DNA from: Amphiscolops sp. MND2022
Taxonomy: Eukaryota
Length of the DNA: 64,000 bases
Direction: 5' to 3'
Assembly (NCBI GenBank): GCA_964187785.1
Contig: OZ076409.1
Span: forward strand, 22,074,001-22,138,000
In this document: positions 1 to 11,592 of the stretch, one piece after another
Layout of the letters: each line of letters starts with the position of its first letter
Position numbering within the stretch: the first letter of the stretch is position 1
Notes under the pieces: model-generated
Seen by the model: the letters and a program-made list of their open reading frames with translations, nothing else
Told to the model about the DNA's origin: nothing
Database searches by the model: none
Made by a program: the position numbers and the translations under genes

Positions 1-11
1 TTCAAAGTGCA

Positions 12-3000
12 GTGTCTGAAGCAGAATTGCGAAAAATAACAACGGCTCATCCAGAAGCCATCCTTCAAGAACTCCCCCCTCCGAATTTCAAAATTCAAAT
101 AGCAAACGGGAACTTAGTCCCAGTACGTAAGCAAGTCTTACTTAGATTTTACGTTGCTGGAAAAGTCTTTGAAGAAACGTTCCTAATCCTTCCAACAATG
201 GGCACAATTTTAATTGGAATGTCATTCTTTGAAAAGTACTCAGTCAATTTAGACATAAAAAACCACCTTGTCCACTTCCCTAATCACATGATGTCCATGC
301 AAGTTAGACAGCAAAAGAACAACAGATTCAAAACTGGTTTAATTGATTTGTGTTCCAGTACCAGAACAGTGATCCCTCCTCTCCATCAAGTGATGATACA
401 GGTCCACAGTGACGCGGACATCTCACTTACAACTGGTACAGTTGAGGGCTCACCTGGATTCATGCGAAAGACGTGTTTGCTTGTTTCTCCAGCTTTGGTT
501 GACCTAGACGAGGGCAAGACGACAATCCAGGTCACCAACCCGAACAACCACACGTTCACACTTGATGCCAACACCACTCTGGCACACTTTCGCATACCGA
601 CACCACATCAGGCGGCAAACATCACACCCATGCCAGTCGAACACTTGAACCTGATCACCAAGTACCCAGATGAGGCGGAAGCAGTGATCAACCAACTGTT
701 CGTGAACCCTGAAATGAAGTCAACTAAGTGGTACCCAACTCCCGAGACGTGCAGTGAGCCAGACAAACTCAGCGCAATTGAGCGACGAATCTATGATGAG
801 ATTCTGGCACTACGAGAGCTCGAGAAGCTTGACCCGTCCCAATCCGATGAACAACGGATGAACTTCCTGAAGAACTTCAACTGGGACGACTCGCTTCTTA
901 CTCCGTCTCAACGGTTACAGGTAGAGGAGTTGCTGGTAAAGTACAACTCCATTTTTGCTAGACATCGTTTTGATATTGGCATGAACACTGATTTTAAAGT
1001 TAGGCTAACACCCCAACATGAAGAACCTGTTTATTCACAAAGTCTCCCTACTCCGACAAATTTGAAGGACGATTTGCTCGTGGAGTTAGCTTTAATGCAA
1101 GAGTACGGGATCATAACTACTTTGCCTCATAGCAAATACTCATCTCCGATATTTGCTCAACGTAAACCAAATGGTAAATTGAGGATTTTAGTTGACTTGA
1201 GAAGAATAAACCACTTGATCAAAAACGATTACGGTGAACACAACCATCCCGTAACAACAATTGCTGACGCTGCCCAACACATGGCCGGGAAAAAGTATTT
1301 CTGTAAACTTGATTGTTCCCAGGCCTACCATTGCATTCCAATGGCCGATGAGCAGTCTGTCCAACTGTTATCGTTTAATTTTGGTTCTAGAACTTTTGCC
1401 TTTTTACGTCTAGCCCAAGGTCTTAACCGTTCTTTGTCAGCATTCACACGTGTAGTCCGTGAGTATTTGGACCCCTTGGTCAAAGCGGACCGATATGCTC
1501 AATATGTTGATGACATTGGAATTGCAGCACACACCCCTGACGAACTGATTAATAACCTTGAACTTGTTTTTCAGCAGCTGAACAAAGCCGGTCTTAAACT
1601 TAGCATGAGTAAATGTGAATTTGGACAAAAACAAATAGAGTACTTGGTAAAAACCATTTCTAGCACCGGTATTGCTCCCATTGAGAAACGAGTAACTGAC
1701 TATCTGACCAAATTGAAACCCCCCAACTCAGTGAAAGCATTGCAACGTTATCTTGGTTTTGTAAACTTTTACCGGTCTTATATTCCCCGACTAGCTGATA
1801 AAACTTGTTGTTTACAGGAATTGATCAAGAAGGACGTCCCTTTCAAACTGAATCAACAACATAAAATGCTATTTTTGAAATCAATGAAAGTTTGTTAAAA
1901 GCAACAAAAGTGTCCCTGAAATTGCCATTACCTGATAAACAACTGGTAATCATGTGTGACGCCAGCGAACACGCTGCCGGCTATGTTTTGTTAATTGAGG
2001 ATTATGCTGACCCGTCAGTCAAACAAACATACGCCCCTGTTGCATTTGGCTCTAAGAAATTTCAGGGCGGCCAGATGTCTCTCACAATGTATGCCAAAGA
2101 GTTTTTAGCTATGCACTTTGCCTTCGATGAATTTGGCCACATTTTGTGGGGTGCGAAAAAACCCATCATTGTTATGACTGACAATAAGGCCTTGACTAGA
2201 TTTTTTCAGGCGAAGCATATCCCGCCTTCACTTTGGAATTTTTGCGATCAAACCCTTCAGTTCATATTTTTATTAGCACATGTTCCAGGAGTTGAAAATC
2301 CCGCAGCGGATTACTTATCTCGGCTTGAGATTAGACCTGAAGACCGTGTACATTTAAAATTGACTGATACTATTCCAATTCACAGAATCGAGATCGACAT
2401 CGCCTCCCGTACACCAAAACAGGAGGAAGAGGAGCCTAATTACTTTCCCACGAGCGAACCACTCAGATGCAAACGCCAGAAGGATGTCAAAGAGATGAAA
2501 TTGGCAACTGGCACTGACGTGGCTCATGACGATGGGAAAGGGATGAAGTTCACCAACTGTGAGAGAACAGCGGCCTCAGATGACTTCGCGACTGACAACC
2601 ATCTGACGTACCGCCTCACAGACGTGGACGAGCCGATTCAACTCTCGCAATTCATCCGTAAAGTATCATTATCACACCCGGTAATGAGTCAGGTTAGCCC
2701 CGCTGAGGGGATCGATCTAATTCAGGTCCAGAAAAATAACTGGGTTATTCAAAAAATGATTAGATTTTTAGAAGGTACTGAAATTTTGCAACACCCAGTT
2801 AATATGCAAGACCAGTTTTTTCAAAAGTTGCACAAAAATCGAAAACGTCTACAAGTTGTAAACGGTGTCTTGTACAGACAGTTTTTTGATCACACGGGAC
2901 TGGAGTCTCACAAGCAGTTAGTTGTTCCTGAAGACTGTATTTTGAAAATAATTAAGACTCTACATAACAGCCCGGTACAAGGACACCCTGGTTCAAAGAA

Positions 3001-3787
3001 AATGTTGCACGAACTTTGTAAAAGATATTACTCTCCTAACTTAGCCTGTAAAGTTCAAAAAGTCCTTGACGGATGTGAAAACTGCATGAAATCTAAAAGT
3101 GTAAAAGAAACGCAACTACGTCCACCGTTACAAAAAATCTACGACCCGTGCGACGGACCAGAAGACCTGTTGGAAATAGACATCGTTGGTCCACTCCCGG
3201 CGTCGAACGGTTTTACACACATTCTGACGGCTGTTGACGTTTTTTCGCGCTACCTGTTCGCCGTTCCGCTGAAGAGACCTGATACACATTCCGTAGTCAG
3301 AAGATTACTGTCGATCTTCACGAAACACGCGTATGTGCCCAAACACATTCTGACGGACAAGGGCACGGCGTTTACGGCTGGACTTCTGTCTGAAATCGCG
3401 AAAGCGGCTGATATTCACATCTCCCATGCCACGATAAAGCACGCACAAACAATAGGCATGGTGGAGAGAACGCACGCGAAACTGAAAAAGATCCTTAAAA
3501 TTAGTGTAAACGCTGACCGACCACAATGGGACAGCTATGTCGACATAGCAATCATGGCCCATAACACAACGTATCATGATTCACTGAAATGTTCACCAAC
3601 TGAAATTTTCCACGGAAGAACACCATACAACCCACTAGATCTGCAGTTCCGAAACGCAAACAAACCGGCTGAAACAAAGTGCAAGGACGAAAAACGCATA
3701 AAAACAAAACACGAAGTAAAACGGATGAAAAACGACCAAAAAACCAGAAAAAACAACACACAAAAATTTGAGATGAAAAAAGGATGA
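12..3787 (+). pseudogene. pol: Gypsy pol (protease C-part, RT, RNase H, integrase), frameshifted near 1860-1895, integrase C-terminus lost
   Basis: ILIGMSF protease motif; RT LRILVDLRRIN, KLDCSQAY, QYVDD; RNase H MCDAS...EFLA...TDNK; integrase H-GH-C-C, DIVGP, TDKG, MVER; degenerates into A-rich sequence after ~3680. Confidence 0.95.
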
Positions 3788-5674
3788 AATCACATGAAAA
3801 ATTAGCTCAGACACACGAGAGATGAAAAAGTGATGAACTCAGTCAAAAATTCGACCAATCAACATGCAATATCTACTAGCGATGCATTTGAGATGGAAAA
3901 TACCATCAGAATGCGAACGCACTCACGTTCATGCTGTCATAATACTCTAGCTCGGCTAGAGGATGAAATAGCGATGAATTCGATCCAATTATTCAGAAAT
4001 TACATGAAATCAATTAACGAGATGAATTTGTGATGGACACTACCATCAAATCGTGACCGAATTTATCGTTAACCTGACACAATACTCTAGCTTCGCTGGA
4101 GGATGTCAAAACGATGAATTTAGTCTAAATGGAAGTTCGAAAATATTAAATGACTTACCAAAATCTCCTTGCGATGGGAAACACCATCAACATAACATCA
4201 CAATAAATCAGCTAACTCTCAAACAACATGTAACTCCACGAAACGATAAAAAACAACCGACTTTATTTCGAATCATTCAAACAGAATTATGCGACACAAA
4301 AATGAAATGATCAATACATGTAAAGTTCAAAGACCTGCCAAATCAATGACGTCACGAAAGAAATTGACAATTCCAAACTACATGCAATACAAATGAGTAA
4401 CACACGGAAATATACATGTACCGTTTAAAAACGAACGAGATAATATATGCAATTCACACCAAAGCCATCCAAACCTAGACGAATAAAAATGAAACAAACA
4501 ATCGAAAATACATGAAGCCTAATAACTTACATGCAAAATATAAGAACTGACGAAACACCTACAAAACGAATAAAGGAGTGAGCATCCCCCAGCAAACATC
4601 AGTTCATAACAAGCAAAACACCCCTATCGAAAAGCTAAAAACATTCCTTCGTGCTGGCTGGCATTTCTCTGAAAAGAGTGCTGGTTAGTTGTGGCGGGGA
4701 GCTCACAACCATATTCGGATGAAGCTTGCTGCGTTGGTTATCCAGCGGCTAGTGGATTCTCAGTTAGTTTTGTAGGGGCTTTGTGACGACAAAGCCCTGT
4801 CCAAATTGACGAACAAAATCAAGAAATAACCAACATGCAAATAATGGGGTAACCCATTAAATGATTACATTATGAAAATACCACGAACACCAAAACGACA
4901 TGTAAAATTAAAAAGAGAATGAAAATCATACTGAGACAGTATAAAATGAGTAAAACATGCACCTACCATATGAAAAGTACATTCCCGAAAACGTCAGAGT
5001 CACATAGCCACGAAAACGCACAAATTTACAAAATTTCAAAATTACGATGAAAAGAAGATGAACTATACCAAATAACGTGTAAAAATGTTAAAATACAAAC
5101 TAACGATGAAAAGACGATGGACCATGCAGATAAAATACATATAACAACATGCAATGTTTCCTACGTAACAAACGATATAAAAAAGATGAGAAAACAATTT
5201 TCGCGACGTCGCTCGGTCGACTGAGGAAAACGTGATGAAAACGAGATGATAATTCAGAACCAAAGCGTTGAGGACCTACCAACAAACACAAGAGATGTAA
5301 CAATGATGAACGCCATGCAAAAGTTACCTTTTGCGACATCGAAAAAGCGAAGCGGAAGCGATGACGACCGGTAATATAAAACTCAACGACGTGGCATAAT
5401 AACAAAATGCGAAACAATGAATCGCAAAATTTTCCCTACCTGTGTTCCTACTCACTAGCATCTCAAGAAAAAACCAAGTCGGGCGCCAAATAACTATTCT
5501 GTACATATGCCTGCTGCCGATTTTTCCGCCGCAGCAGTTTTACCCCCCCCCCCACAACTTGCAGTGGCACATTGATTTGGTCACCCACCAAGTTATACTA
5601 TAACATATTACAAAACACTAATACTAATATACGAAATGAAAACAAGTCACAATCAAAAGTTCAATGCAAGTATT

Positions 5675-6658
5675 TCAAATCTCCGGACTCGGAGCTCGTT
5701 CTCCCTCTTCAGTGAACCCCATCATCGCGTAAAGAGACTGACGGTAATCTTCGGTTGCCACAACACCGACATCATCCCATAACATCTCTTCAGTTACGCC
5801 AGGCAGAGTCGTAAATCGCCCAAAAGATTCAGCGATTTCCCCCAATAACGGACCGCTAACACTATCATAAGTTCGGATGCAATGAGCCTTGAGAAAACTC
5901 AAAACACTGGAGCACACGCTGGTCGTGATATCACTCCGCAACTCACCCACACTGTCACATAAACTCCTGAGTGGAAATGGTGGACTCTCGTTCAGACACA
6001 TGAGATACCTGAACAGCCGCTGCGCAGGCACACTTTCACACGCTCGCATTATCTTAACAGCAGAACTCGCACTGTCTGAGGTCACATCAGTTGTAATCCG
6101 CCGAAAATTTGCAAGAAAGACAGGAAAACTCCTGTCCATCCGTTTCTTTTCCACCACAGTGACTCGTCTCAAATCCATCAATAAATCTGTAAAATGTCCA
6201 ACTTCTACTGACAGCACTTCAGGATCACCCAGCAATAACAGGGCAGGACAACAGACACTCATGTGAAAGGTCACTTCCTCTTTCATGCCCCGTGCGCACA
6301 AGACCTCACCCACGACCATCATCATAAAGTCCTTGACTAGCACCACATTCTCTTCAAATACAGCTGGGCTCTCAAAACAGTTCATGTGAGAAATAAACTT
6401 CTCGCGAAGCACAGTCATTTTGGCGTCAGAAACCACAAGTCCATCGAGTTCAAGGCACAAGCTGGCTCGTACATCTACCACAACAGGGAGCTCTGATTCC
6501 TCAACGAGATACGATAAGATAGCATGTACGAAACACGAACTCTCGTATGCCCAATGTGACGTCCTCAATTCACAGCTGCTGAAGCTCCAGCGAAAAGAAT
6601 TAACGACTAAAATCAAACCAAAATTTATACAGAAGGGTTTATAACAGCCGCCCCCCAA
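5675..6658 (-). CDS. Antisense accessory ORF in element A (probable last exon), unknown function
   Basis: 327 aa open frame of globular-protein composition; weak resemblance of ...SVPAQRLF...LRSDITTSVCSSVLSFLK to a hAT C-terminal region. Confidence 0.45.
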   Translation of the reverse strand: MGGGCYKPFCINFGLILVVNSFRWSFSSCELRTSHWAYESSCFVHAILSYLVEESELPVVVDVRASLCLELDGLVVSDAKMTVLREKFISHMNCFESPAVFEENVVLVKDFMMMVVGEVLCARGMKEEVTFHMSVCCPALLLLGDPEVLSVEVGHFTDLLMDLRRVTVVEKKRMDRSFPVFLANFRRITTDVTSDSASSAVKIMRACESVPAQRLFRYLMCLNESPPFPLRSLCDSVGELRSDITTSVCSSVLSFLKAHCIRTYDSVSGPLLGEIAESFGRFTTLPGVTEEMLWDDVGVVATEDYRQSLYAMMGFTEEGERAPSPEI

Positions 6659-7026
6659 GATCTACAACTATATTTTCGATCTACTATTTCACGTCTCCCC
6701 CCACCACCAAATAACATACTATGAAATTGAAATATACATACGAGCACGGAATACCAGCGACAATGCATGAAGTCGAAAGGAGACAGTAGGGTCACCACAC
6801 AATACAAGGTCAAGCGTCTCAGACACCCCAGAACTGCTTGGCACCCTCAGGAGCACAACAATCTCTGACCAATGAGTATAGAGATCCGTCAGTACATCGG
6901 GTACATCCCATAGCGTAACTTCTCCCTCTAGCACAGACTAAAATATAATACACCAAGTGGATAAAAACATCTCATCAAGACCCATCACTCGCACAACCCA
7001 AGCACAAAACCCCCGAAAACAATAAA

Positions 7027-7548
7027 CTAAAATGTTAGAAAAACCAATACAGAACACATACTCACTTGCAATAAGTTCGGACAACTCAGGAGGACAGCAT
7101 CCTGCACGAAGTCTTTCAATCGCGTCTGTAAATGATTAAGCAAAGAATGCACATCGACTCCACCCATAACGCGCACACTCACGTCCACAAGGATCTTGTT
7201 TACATCACTAATCCGCAGAGGAACCAGTGAGACAGCTCCCAATCCAGTGTTCCCCACCAACACGTCCTCCAATCTGGGACGCAGACTACAACTAACTCCG
7301 ACAGGCGAAACCTGCCCCACGACACAACAAAGTAAATTGATCATCCAGATGACCACACGCTGTTCCCAGTCTTGAGAATAATTGAAGGACAGGACCACAT
7401 AACTAGCGAGCCCCTCCACAGTGCACACGTTGACAGTGCCCACCACTCGATCGCCCACAATAACCACACCAAACCGAGTGAACTCAGTCTCTGTCCACAA
7501 GTTCAACACTCGCCGCATTACATAGGGCCAAAACCCCATCAGGACCAA
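7027..7548 (-). CDS. Antisense accessory ORF/exon in element A
   Basis: 173 aa frame; minus-strand GTGAGT donor-like site at 7060-7065; T-rich flanks. Confidence 0.4.
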   Translation of the reverse strand: MVLMGFWPYVMRRVLNLWTETEFTRFGVVIVGDRVVGTVNVCTVEGLASYVVLSFNYSQDWEQRVVIWMINLLCCVVGQVSPVGVSCSLRPRLEDVLVGNTGLGAVSLVPLRISDVNKILVDVSVRVMGGVDVHSLLNHLQTRLKDFVQDAVLLSCPNLLQVSMCSVLVFLTF

Positions 7549-7646
7549 ACTCTAAACACACAAAAATAGACTTACCCAAAATACATTGCCCAAATTTTGC
7601 TTTTAACACGCCCCTAACCCAAAAAACAACCTTCCAGCTTTGATTG

Positions 7647-8549
7647 CTAGTAACCACAAACACATGTAACATGTAAAATGACATTCAATAACCAAAACAT
7701 AATAACCAGGGCGTCCGCTTCTCGACACGCCGCACCAAACAAGACCGAATGAGCAGGATTCGAAGACACCATCAAGTCCCACAGATGCGTCACACTTGAG
7801 AAGTCACAGTCGCGATAAATAGCATCCACGACTAGGCACACAAATAGCCGCACACTTTCAAGCTGCTCACTGTCGTCCACCGCACATAACTCGCCCCACA
7901 CGGACCTGCCAGCTGCCTCAGTCTGTAGAGCCTCGATCACTGTCACGCTGGGACATGACTCAACCACTGGCACCGTTTCACCGGCTAACGTCGTCGCATA
8001 CGCATTTGCCTCAGTTTCGGACATCAGTGTCCCGTCTCGCATTCTCAACGCCAGCCCCCGTCGCAATCGCACCAAGCAGTCCAGACGGTGGTGCCTCATT
8101 CCACGGCAATGTTCGAAAAACGTTGTAATTCCGCGGCTAGCAATCTTTACATCTTGTTTGCAGAGAAGACACCTCACGTAAGAATCGCGCGTCAGATGAT
8201 CTTTTGGATATCCGAGCGCCAATCCACAATAGACATGGTTAAACCATTTTGCCTTAAGTATTTTCTTCCCTGAAATCACAAGTGAAACGAAATTGTAAAA
8301 CTCATCCTCTACACATCCTGAGAAAAGGAAAACTCGAAAATCCAATGAAAATTTCAAAAAGCTCCCCCGGAGTAATGGAAACATGCTGTAAAATAATCTT
8401 TTCATTGGAAATACAAGCGAAAAACGAAGAAAAAACGAAAAAATGAAAAAGAGATGTGTTTGCAGACCACCAGAATGAAAATTTGAAACTTTTAAAGACG
8501 AAAAACTTGAACGATGAAAAAGAGATGTATAGAACGAATTTTGAACCAA
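7647..8549 (-). CDS. Antisense ORF/exon with BED-like C2H2 zinc finger
   Basis: W-F...VRCLLCKQDVKIASRGITTFFEHCRGMRHH (CxxC...HxxxxxH); TTTCAG acceptor-like site at 8270-8275, so the true exon is probably ~7706..8269. Confidence 0.55.
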   Translation of the reverse strand: MVQNSFYTSLFHRSSFSSLKVSNFHSGGLQTHLFFIFSFFLRFSLVFPMKRLFYSMFPLLRGSFLKFSLDFRVFLFSGCVEDEFYNFVSLVISGKKILKAKWFNHVYCGLALGYPKDHLTRDSYVRCLLCKQDVKIASRGITTFFEHCRGMRHHRLDCLVRLRRGLALRMRDGTLMSETEANAYATTLAGETVPVVESCPSVTVIEALQTEAAGRSVWGELCAVDDSEQLESVRLFVCLVVDAIYRDCDFSSVTHLWDLMVSSNPAHSVLFGAACREADALVIMFWLLNVILHVTCVCGY

Positions 8550-8897
8550 AATTGAGATATTTCAGAGCGAAAACAACTTATTGATGAAAAAGAGATGTAA
8601 ACTGAAAAGAAAACGACGAAAATTGCTAAAACAGAAACGGAAAATTTTAAGGATGTAAAAGAGATGAAAAGTTCTAAAAAATGACCAGAAAAGAAAAAAC
8701 GCTATATTCAAGACTTTTGACGATGAGAGAGTGATGAAAATAGAAAACTGCAGAAACCGAATAGTGAATACAGAAAACGATGGGAAAAAGATGGAAAACG
8801 AAGGAAAAACGTGAAAAAACTAATAAAAGTGAAAATGAAAAGAGAAACGAACGAAAAGTTACTGATCAGATACTTCACAGGATTTAAAGCTGTTTAG

Positions 8898-9797
8898 TTA
8901 ACCTGGCAGACGAGACGCAATTGGTTCATCATCAGAGTCCAGCAGACTGGCCCTCATGGGAGAGGTAACGGCAGTTGTAAGGTCTGGACTGGAAGGAGCA
9001 GTCTCTTGATCAGGCTCAGCAGACAGAAGGCTACCGGCAGAAAAGTCCTCAGGAATTTCCAGTAAGGCTTCAGTGCTGCTAGCTGAATCCTCAGGAACGT
9101 CACTAGGTCCTTCTGCGCCGCTGACAGGAGGAGCAGGTTGGTCCACAGCTGGCTCGACAACCTCAGAGGCACTAACAGCAACAAGAGCAGTTTCCAGTAC
9201 AGGGCGCACAGCAGGGACAGAAGACGAAGCAGCAATAGCAGTTTCCTCAACAGGAGGATCATAAGAAGTGGAAGACTCACTGACTTCCACGACGGCCTGA
9301 ACTGCTTGATCAGAGGCAGCGACGACGGCATCGACTGCCACATCAACAGGAGTGACGATGGCATTGACTCCTGCATCAACAGTAAGACGGGCAGAAGGAG
9401 GACTGGCAACAGTTAAGGACCGTCTCAAGACAGGGGACAGAACAGAGACTGGAGCACGAGTGACAGGAGAACTCACACCAGTCAGGGGCAGGTCACACAG
9501 GAATGAAGAGAAATCAAGCTGAGGAGGCCCTCCTTGGGTACTGACGTCGACACTGTCATTGCCGAAGTCACTGGTCCCAATCGCAATGGAGTAAGAGATA
9601 GGACGCGGTCTCGGCGCGTGAATTGGCGTTGGGCCTGAAGGAAGAAAACAGAAATCAGACGACGACGAGTGGAGAAGAAAGAGCGCGTACGCCGCGCAAA
9701 GAAAGAAGTCTGGAGCAGAATTCATCCATAACCCATCTTCAAAAAATGAAATTTGCAGTGAGTCAATCAAAAAAGGCTGTGAATGTTCATGACACAT
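8898..9797 (-). CDS. Antisense ORF, Ser/Pro/Ala/Val-rich and acidic, probably disordered
   Basis: 299 aa open frame, low complexity, same strand as neighbouring accessory ORFs. Confidence 0.4.
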   Translation of the reverse strand: MCHEHSQPFLIDSLQISFFEDGLWMNSAPDFFLCAAYALFLLHSSSSDFCFLPSGPTPIHAPRPRPISYSIAIGTSDFGNDSVDVSTQGGPPQLDFSSFLCDLPLTGVSSPVTRAPVSVLSPVLRRSLTVASPPSARLTVDAGVNAIVTPVDVAVDAVVAASDQAVQAVVEVSESSTSYDPPVEETAIAASSSVPAVRPVLETALVAVSASEVVEPAVDQPAPPVSGAEGPSDVPEDSASSTEALLEIPEDFSAGSLLSAEPDQETAPSSPDLTTAVTSPMRASLLDSDDEPIASRLPG

Positions 9798-11592
9798 CCT
9801 AAATTCATCTTAAAATGAATTACATGAATAATCGACCGTAAAGGGCACTACATGCAGATGAGATGTTTACATCGGAATTACATCGGAGTGTCCGAACGAT
9901 GGCCTAGTATAGTAAGAAAGTGAAAAGGAGTTTACTCACTATACTGCTGGATACTCTCTCGCAGCATGTCCCGCATGTGGCGGTCATACCACCCAAAGGT
10001 AATGCTACCAAGGGAGGCATACCAGGGATAGTGATCTAAACATCAAACGGAAAGAGTCAGCGTCTGAATGGATCAGGGAAGGGAAACGAAGAGATTGTAG
10101 ACTGAACATGATGATCTGGGAGGATGGAACTTACACTGCGGAAGGTACGGGACATTAGGGACCTGTTCAAACTGCTGATCAAGCTGTAATTGAGGAACGG
10201 GAGCTGCTGCATGGATAGGAGCCTCTTGAGGCGGAATTGTCTGTAATGTAGTCAGCTCGGAAATGACGCCGACAGAGTGAACGGAGTCTGCTAAAACCAA
10301 GACGCGCCTTCAGTACCTAATTGTTCCCTAACCTGTTTTGTGAAAGAAAAGAAAAAATAGTGCACTTACTTTCTGTGGCTTCAGTCTCTGGAAGAGAATA
10401 AACGGAGTGGATGTCAGACATCGCTGTAGATTTGCAAACAATCTGAAAAGGAACGGAAGAAAGTGAAGAAGGGAAAGAAATCGAAGAATCTGAGGACAAG
10501 AATTTGATCAGTAATTAAATGGCCTGATCAACCATGATTACGAAATACGAATTCACGGAAAACTTCAAAGAGCGCGGATGCAGCTTGAGTGCCAGGACAA
10601 AACCAAATACTTGAAATTCAAAAGATGAAAAATCGATGAAGACTCTCCGATTTCGATGACTGTCTACATTTTTCTTCCCAATTCAACCAACTTGACAATT
10701 TTCTCTGAAAACGAATCGCCCCCCAGAATTTGACTACAAAAGCTTCAAGTATTTGATTTGACGACAGCTGCCAGTCTCGAATTCAATAGCGACGAAGTTG
10801 AGCGGAAAACGCGCAAAGGAAATCGTGGCGATTTTCAAAAACGGCTTGACGGAGGATGATTCAAGGATGAGAATGTTTGTTAACAACCGGTTGAATTTCC
10901 TTCAGTTCAGAAAGTTCAGTTTCTAGCCAATCAGAATTTAGCAGTAGTTGCTATGGCGACGATTTCATCTCTTTCTCATCGCTGAGAAAATCAGACAGCG
11001 GAAGCGACAGCGACGGTTGCTATGACGACAGTTCATCTCTTTCTTATCGCGGAAAATGACAGAGCGGCGGCGCCAGCCGTCTGCTAAGTCAATATCGATG
11101 TCTCGCTGAGTAAACAATTCATCGTTCATTCATCTCAAGAAACTTCAGCAGACAGGAAATGGCGCCGATTTACTGCCAAATTGTCAACGAAGCTAGCAGA
11201 ATGTTTATTTAGCGTAGGCGACCTGGGGAAGTCTTTTCACCAGGAAATCGAGATTTCCACCGAAACAATCGACATACCGAGCTCCCACCAAAAGCATGAC
11301 AACCAATTAAATGCAGATCAGCGGACATTCGATGGGCCAAGAATTAGAGTTGCCGCGTCGAAATTCTTTAACCGAAATCACCCAGAAAAGGCCAGACATG
11401 ACGATAGCCGGAAGTCCTCTTCTCAGAGAAGGTTCACACAGGACAGAACAAACGAAGGATATGCCAATTCAGAACTAACGAAGGATATTTTCTCCCCAAC
11501 CAAACGAAGGACCAGTCGAAGCCAACGCCGAGACAACCATCCTCTGCACATTTGGCCCCTGCACTCTCAGTCCAAAATCCCGCCCCGGGGAG

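Noticed and set aside
300..620. dUTPase-like segment between protease and RT
   Set aside because: Beta-rich spacer common in Gypsy pol; catalytic dUTPase motifs not recognisable.
1860..1898. Programmed frameshift in pol
   Set aside because: It falls in the RT-RNase H connection, where recoding is not expected; more likely a mutation or sequencing indel.
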